From a virus (Duplodnaviria; Caudoviricetes), in the IMG/VR virus record IMGVR_UViG_3300031260_000049, positions 1 to 35,937 of that record: a stretch of DNA of 35,937 nt; one strand, 5' to 3'. Every line of letters begins with the position of its first letter. Within the stretch, counting starts at the first letter, position 1. Under the pieces are notes generated by a model. That model did no database searches, was not told where the DNA came from, and saw nothing but the letters and a program-made list of their open reading frames with translations. A program made the position numbers and the translations under genes. Positions 27,101-34,248 of this stretch are shown here, piece by piece.

Positions 27101-27466
27101 TTACTCCTCCTGTTTCTTTTCCAAGTTTTGAATAAGCATTTTGAATTCCTCCTCTGGCATGTCGGATGTGGCCCTCAGTAAACTCAAAACCCCGAAGGCC
27201 GGTTGTTTACTCATCAGTGTTTTTATTCGCTGGTCAATTTCGGAATTGATGGACGATTCCATTTCTGCTGCTTTTAAAAGGGCGTTACCAGCGATATTAA
27301 GAAATTTTTGAATCTTTTTTATGGCATCAATTTTCGGGGGGTTTTTCCTGCCATGTTCAATATCCGAAATATAACTTATGGTCAGGCCCGAAGCGGCTGC
27401 TACTTCGCGCAACTTCTTTCTCTCCCTTCTTCGAGCTTCTTTCACCATTTGCCCGAAACTTAACAT
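27101..27466 (-). CDS. XRE-family HTH transcriptional regulator (ImmR/CapH-like)
   Basis: LREVAAASGLTISYISDIEHGRKNPP; SD AAGGAGG. Confidence 0.92.
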   Translation of the reverse strand: MLSFGQMVKEARRRERKKLREVAAASGLTISYISDIEHGRKNPPKIDAIKKIQKFLNIAGNALLKAAEMESSINSEIDQRIKTLMSKQPAFGVLSLLRATSDMPEEEFKMLIQNLEKKQEE

Positions 27467-27521
27467 TTTGCTCCTCCTTTAGTTGTTTGGTTCCTGCCCC
27501 TTGGGATTTTAAAATAAAAAA

Positions 27522-27602
27522 TTACACCAGAGCTTGGTGTAATCAAGATAGTCCTCATTAATCAAAATGTCAAGGACGATTTTACACAAATTTACAGTGT
27601 AA
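27522..27602 (-). promoter_or_regulatory. Cassette promoter flanked by two palindromic operators
   Basis: TTGACA (27573-27568), 17 bp, TATCTT (27550-27545); TTACAC-N9-GTGTAA at 27522-27542 and 27582-27602. Confidence 0.75.
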
Positions 27603-27607
27603 CCGTT

Positions 27608-27925
27608 TTACCCGAACAACCCCATCTGACGCGGATCGACGGCATTGACCCGCTCATAGGTGTTATTCCGCCGGAGAAACTCCACCAGCTCGTCAAAACG
27701 AACGCGCCGTGACCGGCGCAACATGAAGGAATCGAGGCTACAGGGAGTGACCGGTTGCCCGGTGTCGTGGTCCCGCTCATAGGCGGAAATCAGACGCCAG
27801 AAGGTGCGGTCGGAAACCGCCAATACCGCCTGGACTTCGCCCGGCGCATAACTCGCCTTTTTGGGCAGACCGGCAGCACGTAGCATGCCCAGCAGGCGTT
27901 CCTCCGCTACTTCTACCGGTATCAT
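27608..27925 (-). CDS. Excisionase/HTH_17-like DNA-binding protein at the Mor/C (late activator) position
   Basis: GEVQAVLAVSDRTFWRLI HTH and RRVRFDELVEFL wing; last early-region gene. Confidence 0.65.
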   Translation of the reverse strand: MIPVEVAEERLLGMLRAAGLPKKASYAPGEVQAVLAVSDRTFWRLISAYERDHDTGQPVTPCSLDSFMLRRSRRVRFDELVEFLRRNNTYERVNAVDPRQMGLFG

Positions 27926-28806
27926 GTGCTTTCCTCCCCATCGCTACGCAGTTTCCGCGATTGCTCCTGCAACAACCGCCGGCGGGCCTCTTCGTCAAGT
28001 TCGGTGCTCGGCACCCCCATGCCGCCGGCGATCCGTTGGCGCATTTCCCTGAGACTGTTCAGCGCCGTTTGGCAATCCTGCTCCGACCGGGGAGCCTCCG
28101 GCAGGAGATCCTGTTGCGGGCGACGCGGCATGTGCGCCCAGATGGCCTTGGGCTCGGGCCATTTTTCTACGGCTTTTAAAAGCCCGGAGAAGGCGGCTTT
28201 AACCCGTCGTGAATCAACCTCCTCGACCGTGCAGCTGCCAGCCATGACGTGGTGCCAAACGTCGGCCGTGCGGGGGATGACCTCCGCGCTCGGCGTGCCG
28301 TCGAGCCCCAGGGTCAGCAGCGCCGCCAGCCCGTCGGCGATCAGCCCGCGCAGCCAATCACCGCTGCCCCAATCGGACAGTGAGGCAATGGCGCGGGCAC
28401 GTTTGCCGGTCGGAGCGGGGTGGATCTGTGCTACATCCGGCGTAGCAAGGGCTACATTTGGCGTAGCGGCCACCGACTCCAGCACCCGCTTCAAATAGTT
28501 ATGGTTGGTCAGCGGTTTGATCTGCCCGCCGTCCCGCTTGGCGCGCATCGCCTCCACCGTCTCGGCCAGCGCCGCCGCCAGCACGCGCGGATCGGCACCG
28601 ACCTGCAGCACCTCGGCGGCCAGGCGCACTGCCCGATCAAACGACAGCGCGCGGGTTTTGCTTCGGAACAGACCGAGGTAGGCGATCAGCGGCCGGGTCA
28701 GCGGCCCGGCCTGCGCCAGGATCAGTTGCAGCTCTCCGGCGGCTTCGGCATCGAGGGCGGCTTCCAGTGGGTATTTGGCGTGGCAGCAGGGGCAGGTTAC
28801 ATTCAT
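27922..28806 (-). CDS. Conserved Mu-like prophage hypothetical protein (N-terminal CPCC)
   Basis: CPCCH..YLGLFR..RALS..R, PLTNHNYL; ATGA coupling. Confidence 0.75.
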   Translation of the reverse strand: MNVTCPCCHAKYPLEAALDAEAAGELQLILAQAGPLTRPLIAYLGLFRSKTRALSFDRAVRLAAEVLQVGADPRVLAAALAETVEAMRAKRDGGQIKPLTNHNYLKRVLESVAATPNVALATPDVAQIHPAPTGKRARAIASLSDWGSGDWLRGLIADGLAALLTLGLDGTPSAEVIPRTADVWHHVMAGSCTVEEVDSRRVKAAFSGLLKAVEKWPEPKAIWAHMPRRPQQDLLPEAPRSEQDCQTALNSLREMRQRIAGGMGVPSTELDEEARRRLLQEQSRKLRSDGEEST

Positions 28807-28842
28807 AAAATCGTCATTTGTCCTTGGTCAGGGGTCTGTTGT

Positions 28843-28917
28843 TGGCTGCTCATCAGTGTCGGACCACCACGCCCGGCAGACCGGCCGGGCGATTTTCTTC
28901 GCCCGGCGCGGTTTCGC
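28843..28917 (-). ncRNA. Type II hammerhead ribozyme (after rha)
   Basis: GC-GAAA, stem III, GUC, stem I TGCCGGGC/GTCCGACA, CUGAUGA-GC; loop UGGU can pair with 3' GCCA. Confidence 0.85.
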
Positions 28918-29514
28918 TTATCGCTTGTTCTCTCGGTAGAAAAAATTCCCCACACTGTCAGGACTGCGCCCAATACGTTCGCCGATGGCTTTAGGCTGGA
29001 GCCCTTGAGCCTTGAGCGCGCGCATGGTGGCTTTCTCTGCGTCGGTGAAGTTGCGGCGCCGCCTCTTGGTGTTTACCGCCGACTCCAGCTTGAGTTCCGC
29101 CAGTTCGGCGCGCAGTTTGTAATACTCGGCGGCGTCAATCTCAATCGTCGGGGCTGGTTGCGGCATAAGTGTTTGATTTAACAGAACCTGCGCCAGCTTG
29201 TTGAAGGCGGCTATATACGCCTCCTTGTGTCGGGCAGCTTCCGCGCCGGTGAAGCCCATGACCAGAAAGATGAACCCATCTTTGGTCATCTCAAACATAG
29301 GATGTGATTTACCCTGCTCGTTCAAGTAAGAGGAGTGCGCAAAATTGCGCACTCGAAATTCGTCGGAACAATCCAGTCCGCGGATAGCCCGAGTCACGTC
29401 CCGGTGGCGACGGTCGAACACTTCGGCGACATCCAGGCTGGTGGTAATGGCGCGGCCGTCTTTCAAGCTGACGGCGTTCGGTGGCAATACGGTTATCTGT
29501 GCTGGCATGATCAA
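28918..29514 (-). CDS. rha: Rha-family phage regulatory protein with C-terminal HTH
   Basis: TTSLDVAEVFDRRHRDV.RAI, MTKDGFIFLVMGFTG..A..KEAYIAAFN. Confidence 0.93.
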   Translation of the reverse strand: MIMPAQITVLPPNAVSLKDGRAITTSLDVAEVFDRRHRDVTRAIRGLDCSDEFRVRNFAHSSYLNEQGKSHPMFEMTKDGFIFLVMGFTGAEAARHKEAYIAAFNKLAQVLLNQTLMPQPAPTIEIDAAEYYKLRAELAELKLESAVNTKRRRRNFTDAEKATMRALKAQGLQPKAIGERIGRSPDSVGNFFYRENKR

Positions 29515-29690
29515 TCCTCCTTCTCGTTACGCTTGATTTTGAGCTCTGAGAAAATGCCCAGGGCAAACAGGCAAACCTTCAATTCGTCGAGGGCGTTTTG
29601 CACGCGATCGAGCAAATACGGCGATGGCTGTTTGACGGGGTACTGACGACCGGGAAAGGGGATGACTCGGGTGGGTTGTCTGCTTCTCAT
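29511..29690 (-). CDS. 59-aa ORF under C4-type control, positional analogue of P1 icd / P4 kil
   Basis: AAGGAG SD 7 nt before ATG 29690, overlapped by target box b2; stop overlaps rha start (ATGA). Confidence 0.65.
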   Translation of the reverse strand: MRSRQPTRVIPFPGRQYPVKQPSPYLLDRVQNALDELKVCLFALGIFSELKIKRNEKED

Positions 29691-29747
29691 GGCATGGCTC
29701 CTTTGGTAGGGTTTCGTCATGCCCTCTTGCGCGACCAAACGCAAAAA

Positions 29748-29820
29748 GGGCGAACCGTGCGGGTTGGTCGACCGGTCCAAAGGATACCGGCGGGCCCGAA
29801 GGCCCCCCACACGGCCGCCC
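29748..29820 (-). ncRNA. C4-family antisense RNA (P1 c4 / P4 CI-like)
   Basis: Closing stem GGGCG-GCCGTGTGGG/CCCGCACGGTT-CGCCC, GGGCC-UUCG-GGCCC, CCGGU-AUCCUUUGG-ACCGG, single-stranded CGACCAA; complementary boxes on both sides. Confidence 0.85.
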
Positions 29821-29855
29821 AGACGAAACGGAGCAATGCCATGTTGTGTGGACAC

Positions 29856-29974
29856 AAAAAGACCGCCAAATGCTGCAGGCGGTTGTGTCCGCCTCTGGAT
29901 ACGGGCGACCAAACCCGATCGCTGGATTTTGCCAGCGACAGATTTACGGTAGCCCATTGCGGTTTTTGTGTCAA
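29856..29974 (-). promoter_or_regulatory. C4 leader: promoter, a1/b1 target boxes and terminator
   Basis: TTGACA-17-TACCGT (29974-29946); TTGGTCG 29912-29906; CCAGAGG 29898-29892; ACCGCC/GGCGGT hairpin plus CTTTTT. Confidence 0.7.
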
Positions 29975-29995
29975 GCGTCGCCATCATTGTCCTCT

Positions 29996-30460
29996 TTACT
30001 CCTCCCCACTCAGATCCCACCCCTCACGCTGGGCCTGCTTGCGCAGCGCGGTGATGATTTTGTACAGATCGCCAGTAGCCACCCAGGCCACCCGATCAAC
30101 CTTGCAGATCCGCTGCGCCAGACTGTCAGCGTAGCCCCAGGGTTTGCCGCCGACGGTTAACAGCGCCTCGATTTTTTCCAGCTGCCGGGCACGGCTGGCC
30201 TGGTCGAGCTTCTGGCCGCGTTTGCGCTCGGCGTTGTGAGGGCGCTTGCCGACCTTTTTGCGGGCGCCTTTTTTCTGCCAGACGCCCGCGGCCAGCGCCT
30301 TGGCCTCCAGATCTGCGACCAGGCCGGCAGCCTGCCGGTCGCTCATGGCCTTGCTGCTGGTTACGCCATAACCGGCCAGCACGGCTCGGTAATCGTCGTC
30401 GGACAGACCGAGCGCGCCCTTGAGGGTATGGATCAGCTTAATCTGTTTCGGATTGGCCAT
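29996..30460 (-). CDS. gemA: Mu gp16/GemA-family protein (DUF1018)
   Basis: IKLIH....LGLSDDDYR..L...GVTSS, KIEALL..W.YA. Confidence 0.88.
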   Translation of the reverse strand: MANPKQIKLIHTLKGALGLSDDDYRAVLAGYGVTSSKAMSDRQAAGLVADLEAKALAAGVWQKKGARKKVGKRPHNAERKRGQKLDQASRARQLEKIEALLTVGGKPWGYADSLAQRICKVDRVAWVATGDLYKIITALRKQAQREGWDLSGEE

Positions 30461-30496
30461 GGCTTTGCTCCTCGGTGCGGGTGGCGCATCTCTGTC

Positions 30497-30901
30497 TCAT
30501 CCAACCACTTCGATCAGCTCGATGGACTCAAACGTCTTCTGATAGTGACGCCTGATCGCCGTGGCGCTGGGCCAAAGAGCATCATAACCGTGCCATTTTT
30601 CATCCGGATCATATCCCAGCGCCTTGAGACGGCGTTTACTCATCTTCTTCATTTCCCTGCGGGATTTTGCTGTCCAGACAAACTTGGAAACCGGCCGGAG
30701 ATACCGCTGTCCCGGGAATTCCTTTTTCGGGTCAAGCCATACGAATTTGAACTCACCGCCGATATAGGTCACGATACCCAACCGGTTTTTACTGACCTGC
30801 GCCCTGCGAAAAGTCACCTCAAGACCGTCTACCTTGAGTTTTGCGTGCCCGTAGGTTCCGCTCAAAGCCTTCTCCACCTTTGCCCAATCTTCTTTCGTCA
30901 T
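30497..30901 (-). CDS. Hypothetical basic protein
   Basis: ATGA coupling, GGAG SD, 134 aa. Confidence 0.7.
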   Translation of the reverse strand: MTKEDWAKVEKALSGTYGHAKLKVDGLEVTFRRAQVSKNRLGIVTYIGGEFKFVWLDPKKEFPGQRYLRPVSKFVWTAKSRREMKKMSKRRLKALGYDPDEKWHGYDALWPSATAIRRHYQKTFESIELIEVVG

Positions 30902-31194
30902 TCGCCTATCTCCGGGGGTATGCCGGCCGGAAAGGCCCGGTCGATATCGGCCAGCAGTTGCCGGCGCAGTTTTTTCATAAAAGCCCGGTCACGGCGCCAT
31001 ACCTCGACGGCGGCGTCGGCCACGATCTTGGGGATGCCGCGTTTGCCGTACTCGTAGTCCTGATAGGTGCGGTTGGGCATCCCCAGGGTGCGGGCCATGC
31101 TGCGCATGTCAAAACCGATGGCCAGGCGGATTTTTTTGAGTTTGACCGCCGTCATGTGCGTGCACTTTTGCCGTTTTTTACTCCGATTGTTCAC
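30898..31194 (-). CDS. XRE-type HTH protein
   Basis: LKKIRLAIG...MARTLGMPNRTYQDYEYGKRGIP; GTG start overlapping upstream TGA. Confidence 0.75.
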   Translation of the reverse strand: MNNRSKKRQKCTHMTAVKLKKIRLAIGFDMRSMARTLGMPNRTYQDYEYGKRGIPKIVADAAVEVWRRDRAFMKKLRRQLLADIDRAFPAGIPPEIGE

Positions 31195-31382
31195 GCGGTT
31201 CTCTCCATCAGCTTCACCGGATACGGCCACGGCGGCGCTTCGTGCGGCATGTGCTTGGCATCCTCATGCACCCAATCGGCGCACTGTCCGGCGGGGTTTT
31301 TGAGGGGCGCCACATGGACCGGGTGTCGGCACCAGCGCTCCAGGCCTTTCCATCCGGTATATTTGCAATCGCCGCAGGGCAT
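31191..31382 (-). CDS. Small Cys-rich hypothetical protein
   Basis: GAGG SD before ATG 31382; CGDC...C...C. Confidence 0.55.
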   Translation of the reverse strand: MPCGDCKYTGWKGLERWCRHPVHVAPLKNPAGQCADWVHEDAKHMPHEAPPWPYPVKLMERTA

Positions 31383-31392
31383 ATTCGTCCTC

Positions 31393-31431
31393 AAAAAGGA
31401 CCGGCGGGTCAGGAGGATGGCCCCGCCGGCC
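31393..31431 (-). terminator. Terminator-like hairpin just downstream of hammerhead
   Basis: CCGGCGGG/CCCGCCGG stem followed by TCCTTTTT. Confidence 0.5.
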
Positions 31432-31443
31432 AAGGTTTGTTTT

Positions 31444-31524
31444 CGGCTGCTCATCAGGCCCGGGGCGCCACCCCCGGACGACCGGACCATTTTGTTAACG
31501 TCAACAAAATGATCCGGTTTCGCA
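31444..31524 (-). ncRNA. Type II hammerhead ribozyme (early region)
   Basis: UGC-GAAA, long stem III (CCGGATCATTTTGTT/AACAAAATGGTCCGG), GUC, stem I GTCCGGGG/CCCCGGGC, CUGAUGA-GCA; loop UGGC can pair with 3' GCCG. Confidence 0.9.
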
Positions 31525-31695
31525 TCAGTTAACGGTCAGCGCCTTCTCGCCGGTGTCTTCGTCCTCGTAAAAAGCCAGATACAAAGGCTCGCCCAACACA
31601 TCGCAAAGTCGCATATCGCCATCGACTTCACGGAGCGCTTCGCGCATGGCGTCGACCGTCTCGATACCCTCGATTTCACGCAGCAGCTTATACAT
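31525..31695 (-). CDS. Small acidic hypothetical protein
   Basis: AGGAG SD, TGATG coupling (MYKLLREIEG...). Confidence 0.65.
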   Translation of the reverse strand: MYKLLREIEGIETVDAMREALREVDGDMRLCDVLGEPLYLAFYEDEDTGEKALTVN

Positions 31696-31874
31696 CAGGC
31701 AATCTCCTGTTTTTTGGTGATGGTTGCCTGCGCCTTGCAGCGCGGGCAGCGTATATGCCGGATCGTGCGTTCCTGCCCGTCGCCGTCGGCAAAGCTTATG
31801 TTTTGGCGCAATTCGGTAAACTCTTTGACCCGGCACCACGGTCTGGTGCAAAAGGCCGTCACGACGTATCGCAT
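31695..31874 (-). CDS. Small zinc-ribbon protein
   Basis: CTRPWC...CPRC; AAGGG SD before ATG 31874. Confidence 0.6.
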   Translation of the reverse strand: MRYVVTAFCTRPWCRVKEFTELRQNISFADGDGQERTIRHIRCPRCKAQATITKKQEIA

Positions 31875-31894
31875 GGCGTTTTCCCTTTCTTTGT

Positions 31895-32092
31895 TTATCC
31901 CTGCATCAGGGAGGCTGGTACCAGATCGAGCGAAACAAACGACTCTGAGCCGATGGTCACGCCCATGGTGTGCCGGCAGCGTTCCGGATACCCCTTGCCG
32001 ATCATCACATGGCACTGTTTGCCGGTTTTGTTCCCGATGTCGCCGTCTTTGGTAGCGGCTGAAATCTCCCGATGTTCTTTGTTTTTACCCAT
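31895..32092 (-). CDS. Small hypothetical protein
   Basis: GAGGAGG SD; fills gap in tightly packed operon. Confidence 0.5.
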   Translation of the reverse strand: MGKNKEHREISAATKDGDIGNKTGKQCHVMIGKGYPERCRHTMGVTIGSESFVSLDLVPASLMQG

Positions 32093-32104
32093 GGTTGCCC
32101 CTCC

Positions 32105-32719
32105 TCAGGCGCTGCAAACATCCAGCGGCAGTTGCCTGTAGCTGCCATCACTCTGGCGTTGATAGATGCGGATATAGGTCTTGCTGCCGACCGTCTGCAG
32201 GCTCTCGCCGATGGCGTCCATGGCTTTTTTCCAGCGGGCGTCCTGAATATCGAGCCGCCGCAGCCCGAGCACCCGCCTGGTGTTGACCTTGCCGGTTTTG
32301 TCGACCTGGAAGGCGTCGTTGATCAGGGTGCGGATCTCGGGGCGGCTGCCCTCGGCCCATTCATGGATGCACTCGTCGATGAGCAGCTTGGCGACCTGCA
32401 GCCGCTCGTCGAACACGGTGTACTCGTCGATCGCGCGCATGATCTTGTATTCGCCATCGAAACTCATCAGGGTCACGTTGCCCTTGCTGCCACCGATTTT
32501 GGCGCCGTATCGCTCGGCGGACAGCTCGATAAAAGCTTCGATATCGTCCATGGCGCCTTTGCGATAATCGGCCAGATTGCGGCGCAGCGGCTCGGCCCGG
32601 GCGACCAGATCGCGCACCAGCTCGTCGCGGGTGCGGTCGATCTCCTTGACCATTTCGACCGGCACCAGGCGGCCCTGGGCGTCTTTCATGTAACCTGCGG
32701 GTACGGGTGTGTTTTCCAT
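32105..32719 (-). CDS. DUF3164 family Mu-like prophage protein
   Basis: GYMKDAQGRLVP, GG.KGNVTL.SFDG, FDERLQ.AK.LIDECI, AFQVDK.G. Confidence 0.9.
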   Translation of the reverse strand: MENTPVPAGYMKDAQGRLVPVEMVKEIDRTRDELVRDLVARAEPLRRNLADYRKGAMDDIEAFIELSAERYGAKIGGSKGNVTLMSFDGEYKIMRAIDEYTVFDERLQVAKLLIDECIHEWAEGSRPEIRTLINDAFQVDKTGKVNTRRVLGLRRLDIQDARWKKAMDAIGESLQTVGSKTYIRIYQRQSDGSYRQLPLDVCSA

Positions 32720-32732
32720 GCTTTTACTCCTG

Positions 32733-32966
32733 TTAAATGGCGGTTTGAAGGTTCGTTAAAGTCGTTTGGCGATGGCTCTTTCCCACCCGCCGGGCGGGTT
32801 GGTAATAGGTGCAGAGCGCGCCGCCGTCGAGCAGGTAAAAGGCGGTTTGGTTATAACCGTCGGGGTCTTGCAGATACTGCTCAAAGGTAATTTTGAGCAA
32901 CTCGCCGATCCGGTTTTCCACGAATTTATCAGCCAGGTGGTTTAATCGTTCGTCGCTGATTCTCAT
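32733..32966 (-). CDS. Hypothetical protein
   Basis: GGAGG SD, ATGA coupling; ITFEQYLQDP motif. Confidence 0.65.
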   Translation of the reverse strand: MRISDERLNHLADKFVENRIGELLKITFEQYLQDPDGYNQTAFYLLDGGALCTYYQPARRVGKSHRQTTLTNLQTAI

Positions 32967-33331
32967 GCCGTGGCCTCCTGTAAGTCGGGGTTGGCGAACC
33001 ATTGGTTGTCGATCTGTACGAAGGGCGGCGGGGTCTTTTGCCCGCGTTTTTGCCACTTGCGCATCAGGTCGCCGCAGTTAACGCAAAAACCGCTCTTGTT
33101 TTGCGGGCTTATCCAGGCGTCACAGCCGTCGACGACGCAGGGGCGGCGGTTTTTGGGCGGGGCGAGCAGGCGCCCGCCGTCGGGCAGAGCGCGGTAGCGG
33201 TGGGCGATCCTTGACCGTCTCTCTCCGCACATGATGCAGCGCACGGTCTGCAGGCGGGTGCCGTCTTCCAGTGTCTCGACGATCGGCTCCAGGGAGCCGC
33301 GGCCGGCACCGCATTTGGGGCAGCGGATCAT
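32963..33331 (-). CDS. Cys-rich (double zinc finger) protein
   Basis: CPKC..CIMC and C...C..CVNC; AAGGAG SD before ATG 33331. Confidence 0.7.
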   Translation of the reverse strand: MIRCPKCGAGRGSLEPIVETLEDGTRLQTVRCIMCGERRSRIAHRYRALPDGGRLLAPPKNRRPCVVDGCDAWISPQNKSGFCVNCGDLMRKWQKRGQKTPPPFVQIDNQWFANPDLQEATA

Positions 33332-33642
33332 GGCTGTCTCCTTTCGCAATCGCGGCAGGCTTTGTATTGCCTTACCCGCTGGGCATTGGTGGCCGCAAAG
33401 GGCTGGCGGCGGGTATCGGCGCATTCGCCCATGCTGATCTCACCCCTGATCGGGCATTGCACGGTGGTAGATCCGAAAACCTCATCGACCCGCAGCAGTA
33501 CGGTCGCGGGATCGCCGAGGTATTTACCCGACAGGATCTGGCTCAGGGTGCTGGCGCTGTAGCCGATCATGCGGGCGACATTGGCCTGGCCGTGCTCGTC
33601 GACGGCGCTCTTCAGAAGTTGCATCCGATCACTCCGCGTCAT
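33328..33642 (-). CDS. HTH protein with C-terminal Cys cluster
   Basis: GQANVARMIGYSASTLSQILSGKY; CP..GEI...C...C..C. Confidence 0.8.
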   Translation of the reverse strand: MTRSDRMQLLKSAVDEHGQANVARMIGYSASTLSQILSGKYLGDPATVLLRVDEVFGSTTVQCPIRGEISMGECADTRRQPFAATNAQRVRQYKACRDCERRQP

Positions 33643-34246
33643 GGCCGCCTCCTCTGCTCCATTTCACCAGTCCGGTGTTGGGGTCGTAAACCTGCTTGCC
33701 ACGCTGCACCATGGGCGGCTTTGGCCCGCTGAAACTCCTTTGGATAAATTTGTAACGGGTCAAAACGCCGCCGTTGCCCGTACCTTTGCCGGCACTGGAG
33801 ACCGCGAGGTAACCGGCCCGCTGGAGAAAATAGCAGTAATCCTTGGCCTCTTTTTCGGCGATCCGGCAATCCTCGGTGGAGGCGATAACCGCCAGATCCC
33901 GGGCGGAAAACTCGCCGAGGATCCGCATGGTCCGCCACATCTGTTCCCGCCCGAGCCCCTGGGTCACTTCGGTACCGTCGCGGCGCACCCTGGGCGCTTC
34001 GATCCCGACATCGCGGACCAGCCGGTAAAGGTTGGCCCGCGATCCGAAGCCGGCGGGCCGGAGGCCGGCGACATCGAGATACCCGGCGGCGGTCAGTCCC
34101 TGCAAGTAGTCCTGGATAGAGGCCTTGGCGAGCCTGGTACGCTGCCAGATGTCGCGGACGGTAAACTCCCGCATCTGCCGTATGACCGCCCAGACGGCCT
34201 CGCGCTTTTCCGCGGGGCCGCGTTTGTCGATCGGTTTAAGGGCCAT
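33629..34246 (-). CDS. Tandem winged-helix DNA-binding protein following MuB
   Basis: W..IR.MREFT, YLQGL..AGYL and MWRTMR.L.EFS, L.RAGYL repeats; GGAGG SD before ATG 34246. Confidence 0.8.
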   Translation of the reverse strand: MALKPIDKRGPAEKREAVWAVIRQMREFTVRDIWQRTRLAKASIQDYLQGLTAAGYLDVAGLRPAGFGSRANLYRLVRDVGIEAPRVRRDGTEVTQGLGREQMWRTMRILGEFSARDLAVIASTEDCRIAEKEAKDYCYFLQRAGYLAVSSAGKGTGNGGVLTRYKFIQRSFSGPKPPMVQRGKQVYDPNTGLVKWSRGGGHDAE

Positions 34247-34248
34247 GC

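Noticed and set aside
29691-30020. N-terminal 110 aa of the 169-aa ash-like ORF
   Set aside because: It is a translation across the promoter, terminator and C4 RNA; the SD-supported start is 29690, although read-through cannot be excluded.
6229-32470. Other CTGATGA occurrences (about 6230, 23094, 27212, 32464)
   Set aside because: They are TGATG gene junctions or coding sequence without a properly placed GAAA, NUH site or stems.
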